DNA of 64,000 nucleotides from an uncultured Bacilli bacterium (GTDB lineage Bacteria; Bacillota_I; Bacilli_A; RF39; UBA660): NCBI GenBank assembly GCA_947626275.1, contig CANQRL010000009.1, positions 7,232 to 71,231 of the forward strand, read 5' to 3'. Shown piece by piece: positions 62,101 to 64,000 of this stretch (position 1 is its first letter; each line of letters starts with the position of its first letter). The notes under the pieces were generated by a model. It saw only the letters and a program-made list of their open reading frames with translations, ran no database searches and was not told where the DNA came from. The position numbers and the translations under genes were made by a program.

Positions 62101-64000
62101 CCAATGGTGGTAAAGGAACAATGGAACCTCAAGATTTCACTTTTGAAGATGTAGATTTCTTATATCACTATCAATATCATGATGAGGATACCATTAAAGT
62201 TCCTTTAAGCAAAAACCAATATACGAAAGATGGCTATACTTTCCAAGGTTGGAGTAAAACCTTGAATGGACCAGTAGATTTTAAAGAGGAAGAAGCAGTT
62301 GCCAATTTAATCTGTGAGGATGGTGCTACCGTTTCACTTTATGCTGTATGGAAGGCAAATGACTATGAAGTTGCTTATCATCCAAATGGTGGCACAGGAA
62401 CAATGCCTAACAGTAAACATATTTATGATGAAGAGAAATCTTTAAGTGAAAATGAATTTACAAAAGAAGGCTACCATTTCGTAGGATGGACCAAAAATCT
62501 TGAGACGAATGAACTTATTAAAGAAAATAAAAACTATACAACCGATGGTGTGGTAGATGTCTATGCTGTATGGGAAGCGAATACTTATACAGTAACTTAT
62601 GATCCTAATAAAGAAATAGGAAGTTCTGAACCTAAAGGGGAAGTAGGACAAACGACTCATATGTACGACAGGATAGATTCTTTAAGTAAATCTTCTTATA
62701 CAAGAGATGGTTATACTTTCTTAGGATGGAGTTTAACAAAACAGGAAAGTTCTGTTGATCGTTGTGATGATTGTATTACCGAAGCAAATAATTTAACATC
62801 TGATAATGATGGAAATGTTATTGTTTATGCCGTATGGCGGGCAAATGATTATACAGTAACCTATGATTCAAATAACGGTACAGGAACAGTAGAAACTACG
62901 AATCATAGATATGATACAAAGACTTCTTTAAGTACGAAAGAATATACACGAAAAGGTTATACTTTCTTGGGATGGAGTCAAACAAAACATGAAAATTCTG
63001 TTGATCGTTGTGATGATTGTATTACCGAAGCCTATAACTTAACTGCTACAGAAAATGAAAATGTTATTGTCTATGCAGTATGGAAAATCGATACTTATAC
63101 CATTAAGTATGAAGATTCTAAAAATGGTACTTTAGAAACAAAAAATAAAGAATCGTATACGGTTGAAGATTCCTTCACCCTAAGTAAGCCAACAAAAGAG
63201 GGATATACTTTCCTAGGTTGGTATAAAAAGGGAACGGATGAAAAAGTAGAGTCTATTTCGAAAGGTTCAACCGGATACTTAGAACTAGAAGCTAGATGGG
63301 AAATTGTTTCTTATACCATTACTTGTATAGACAACTTGAATACCACAACCGAAATAACCTATACCGTAGAAAGTGGGGCAACTATTGATAATCCTGATTC
63401 TAAAGTAGGATATACTTTTGAAGGATGGTATGAAAATGAATCTTTCACTGGCAACAAAGTATCTTCTTATGATATAGGAACAACTGGAAATAAGACAGTA
63501 TATGCTAACTGGAGAGAACATACTTATAAGATAAAATATGCTGGTAAAGAAGGAGAAGAAACTTATAAATATACGGATCAAGTTACTTTAAAAGGAAATT
63601 CCGAATATACTAAAAAGTGGACTGTAACTTATGATTATAATGATAATGGTGCTACCGAACAAAAAGAAGAACCAAGAAGCTTAAGTTATCAGAAATGGAA
63701 AGTTCAAGGAACTGATACAACTTATGATGTAAATTATACTGGAAGTAAACTTACTTCTTCTGATAACGCGATAATTGTTTTAGAGCCAGATTGGGTTAAT
63801 CCAACACTATCTAATTCAGAACTAGAAACGCCAACGAGAACAGGTTATAACTTTAAAGAATGGCAACTGAATGGAAAAGCTGTAACAAGCGAAAAAATGG
63901 AAATAACAGAGGATATTACTTTAATAGCTGAGTGGGTAGCAAAAACTTATAAGGTAACCTATGAATCTGGTATTGAAGGTGTTGACCCTATTACAGATAC
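59139..64000 (+). CDS. giant cell-surface protein with many Listeria-Bacteroides (InlB B-repeat / Flg_new) repeats, 3'-partial (runs off the window)
   Basis: Hand translation of the frame starting at 59139 is open to 64000, with codon phase confirmed at several points. N-terminal signal-anchor MKKKEKNNIKRRQWTIRIAVIVGILLLLLLLCF. More than 15 repeats of the ...P.KEGYTF.GWY....F.F.....D..LYA.W motif, interleaved with about 150-aa Y.V.HY...DG.Y...YYY modules. Absent from the ORF track, presumably because no stop codon lies in the window. Track ORF 59239-59427 is in a different frame. Confidence 0.75.
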   Translation, partial: MKKKEKNNIKRRQWTIRIAVIVGILLLLLLLCFCGRKDYGVSFQIGDNVYTMVNIRHGGKVEEPKVPTKEGYTFQGWYWNDKKFDFNSEITKDVILEARFEENIYTVTVDDGNGNQIELHAKHKEAISEPKVGEKRGYYFAGWYVDGEEFHFEDGVTKDTQVEGKWALNEHALYRVEHYLQEKDGTYPKTYKDIEILDGKTNSTVTPATHTYRGYQTPSKKSVKVESDGTTIVKYYYSLKIYTLVVVGGAGIDSVSGSGKYYYGDEVKIGYTLKDGYHFSGYSRSLDGDIFAMPDENVGIEVMAEANADTPYRVEHYLQNIDESYPETPEEIETLKGKTDSQVKPDTHIYEGFTAPQKREVVIDGKGTTVIKYYYTRNKYHITITGDRGIASLTQSGDFYYGDEIKIEATLKSGYALKEWSTKEQTLTISYQVKDNDTVTVTTTPIKYTITYELEGGEGETSSQYTVEDKVQLPTPKRGGYTFRGWYLDQDYQKGPVTELENSVGNLTLYAKWEANPHTKYLVKHYYMNVAGNYDGVKPVEEEQEGRTGATTSITDRKVKEGFTFDSSKSDTEKEISGEEETIVSYYYVREKYDVKVQASTGIEKVTGSGSYYFEQEVEVTAALKMGYENLTWEGSVQEVDGKTILTVPVGGITVTAKATPKENTPYTVKHHFMNKEGDGYLEPIVDYQIGTTDETIRVSPREVDGFNVPEEQSLTITGDGLASLDFYYERNQYTVTITTEEGVTSKISSITDYFDKEIEITFDNLSFNPGYRFVSWVIDGVETTEEDITLSIPSHHVNILVKAEKIPYQVTFKNDNPHRKNSKPVTYYYGDSITEPEFVDWEHHDFQGWYLENVDGSLASEAWNFKEDTMPARNITLVAKWKIHKGTLNFNFGFKGVYQPFKNVNYDTTVEELLTREGKSLEDYTSPTHQGYKFLGWYPSRDFEKAKPIEDILHYTMPDPEEMGMEEQGITLYANWKPYRYQVEFNANGGKGTMEPQDFTFEDVDFLYHYQYHDEDTIKVPLSKNQYTKDGYTFQGWSKTLNGPVDFKEEEAVANLICEDGATVSLYAVWKANDYEVAYHPNGGTGTMPNSKHIYDEEKSLSENEFTKEGYHFVGWTKNLETNELIKENKNYTTDGVVDVYAVWEANTYTVTYDPNKEIGSSEPKGEVGQTTHMYDRIDSLSKSSYTRDGYTFLGWSLTKQESSVDRCDDCITEANNLTSDNDGNVIVYAVWRANDYTVTYDSNNGTGTVETTNHRYDTKTSLSTKEYTRKGYTFLGWSQTKHENSVDRCDDCITEAYNLTATENENVIVYAVWKIDTYTIKYEDSKNGTLETKNKESYTVEDSFTLSKPTKEGYTFLGWYKKGTDEKVESISKGSTGYLELEARWEIVSYTITCIDNLNTTTEITYTVESGATIDNPDSKVGYTFEGWYENESFTGNKVSSYDIGTTGNKTVYANWREHTYKIKYAGKEGEETYKYTDQVTLKGNSEYTKKWTVTYDYNDNGATEQKEEPRSLSYQKWKVQGTDTTYDVNYTGSKLTSSDNAIIVLEPDWVNPTLSNSELETPTRTGYNFKEWQLNGKAVTSEKMEITEDITLIAEWVAKTYKVTYESGIEGVDPITD

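Overview
This 64-kb window is chromosomal core DNA from a low-GC, spore-forming Firmicute. It is AT-rich throughout, most genes sit on the + strand, and there are no mobile elements, CRISPR arrays, tRNAs or rRNAs. Sporulation genes present are spo0A, spoIVA and a spoIVFA/spoIVFB-like pair. Two Bacillus-like syntenies are visible: rlmN-prpC-prkC-rsgA-(insert)-rpe, and recU-ponA lying divergent to gpsB-rnpB. The metabolism looks anaerobic, with pflB and a nifJ-type pyruvate:ferredoxin oxidoreductase. Recognisable housekeeping genes: an ABC transporter pair (5'-partial), pcrA, nfo, a class B PBP, rpmG, efp, pgk, a glycolipid flippase-like/GT4 pair, tpiA, valS (with a T-box leader), ligA, tig, ftsW/rodA, gpmI, engB, a LysM-GH25 hydrolase, rodZ-like and pgsA. 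An RNase P RNA gene sits at ~56261-56615. The main oddities: (1) a >1600-aa InlB-B-repeat surface protein gene (59139 to the window end) that is absent from the ORF track because it has no stop in the window; (2) a membrane-anchored, catalytically dead paralogue of iPGM next to engB and a MecA-like protein; (3) a cysteine-less PTS-EIIB-like protein, an orphan histidine kinase and gpmI clustered together; (4) a 781-aa coiled-coil protein inserted into the conserved prkC-rsgA-rpe operon; (5) a valine T-box followed by an unknown 159-aa ORF before valS; (6) two hypothetical genes where folC would be expected after valS; (7) a ComGG-like pilin-N-terminus Ser/Thr-rich protein with a Cys-rich lipoprotein; (8) TTCGACA (Spo0A-box-like) motifs concentrated in intergenic regions upstream of spo0A, the orphan kinase and gpsB. 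I found no obvious defence or toxin system, and all functional calls are by eye without database searches.
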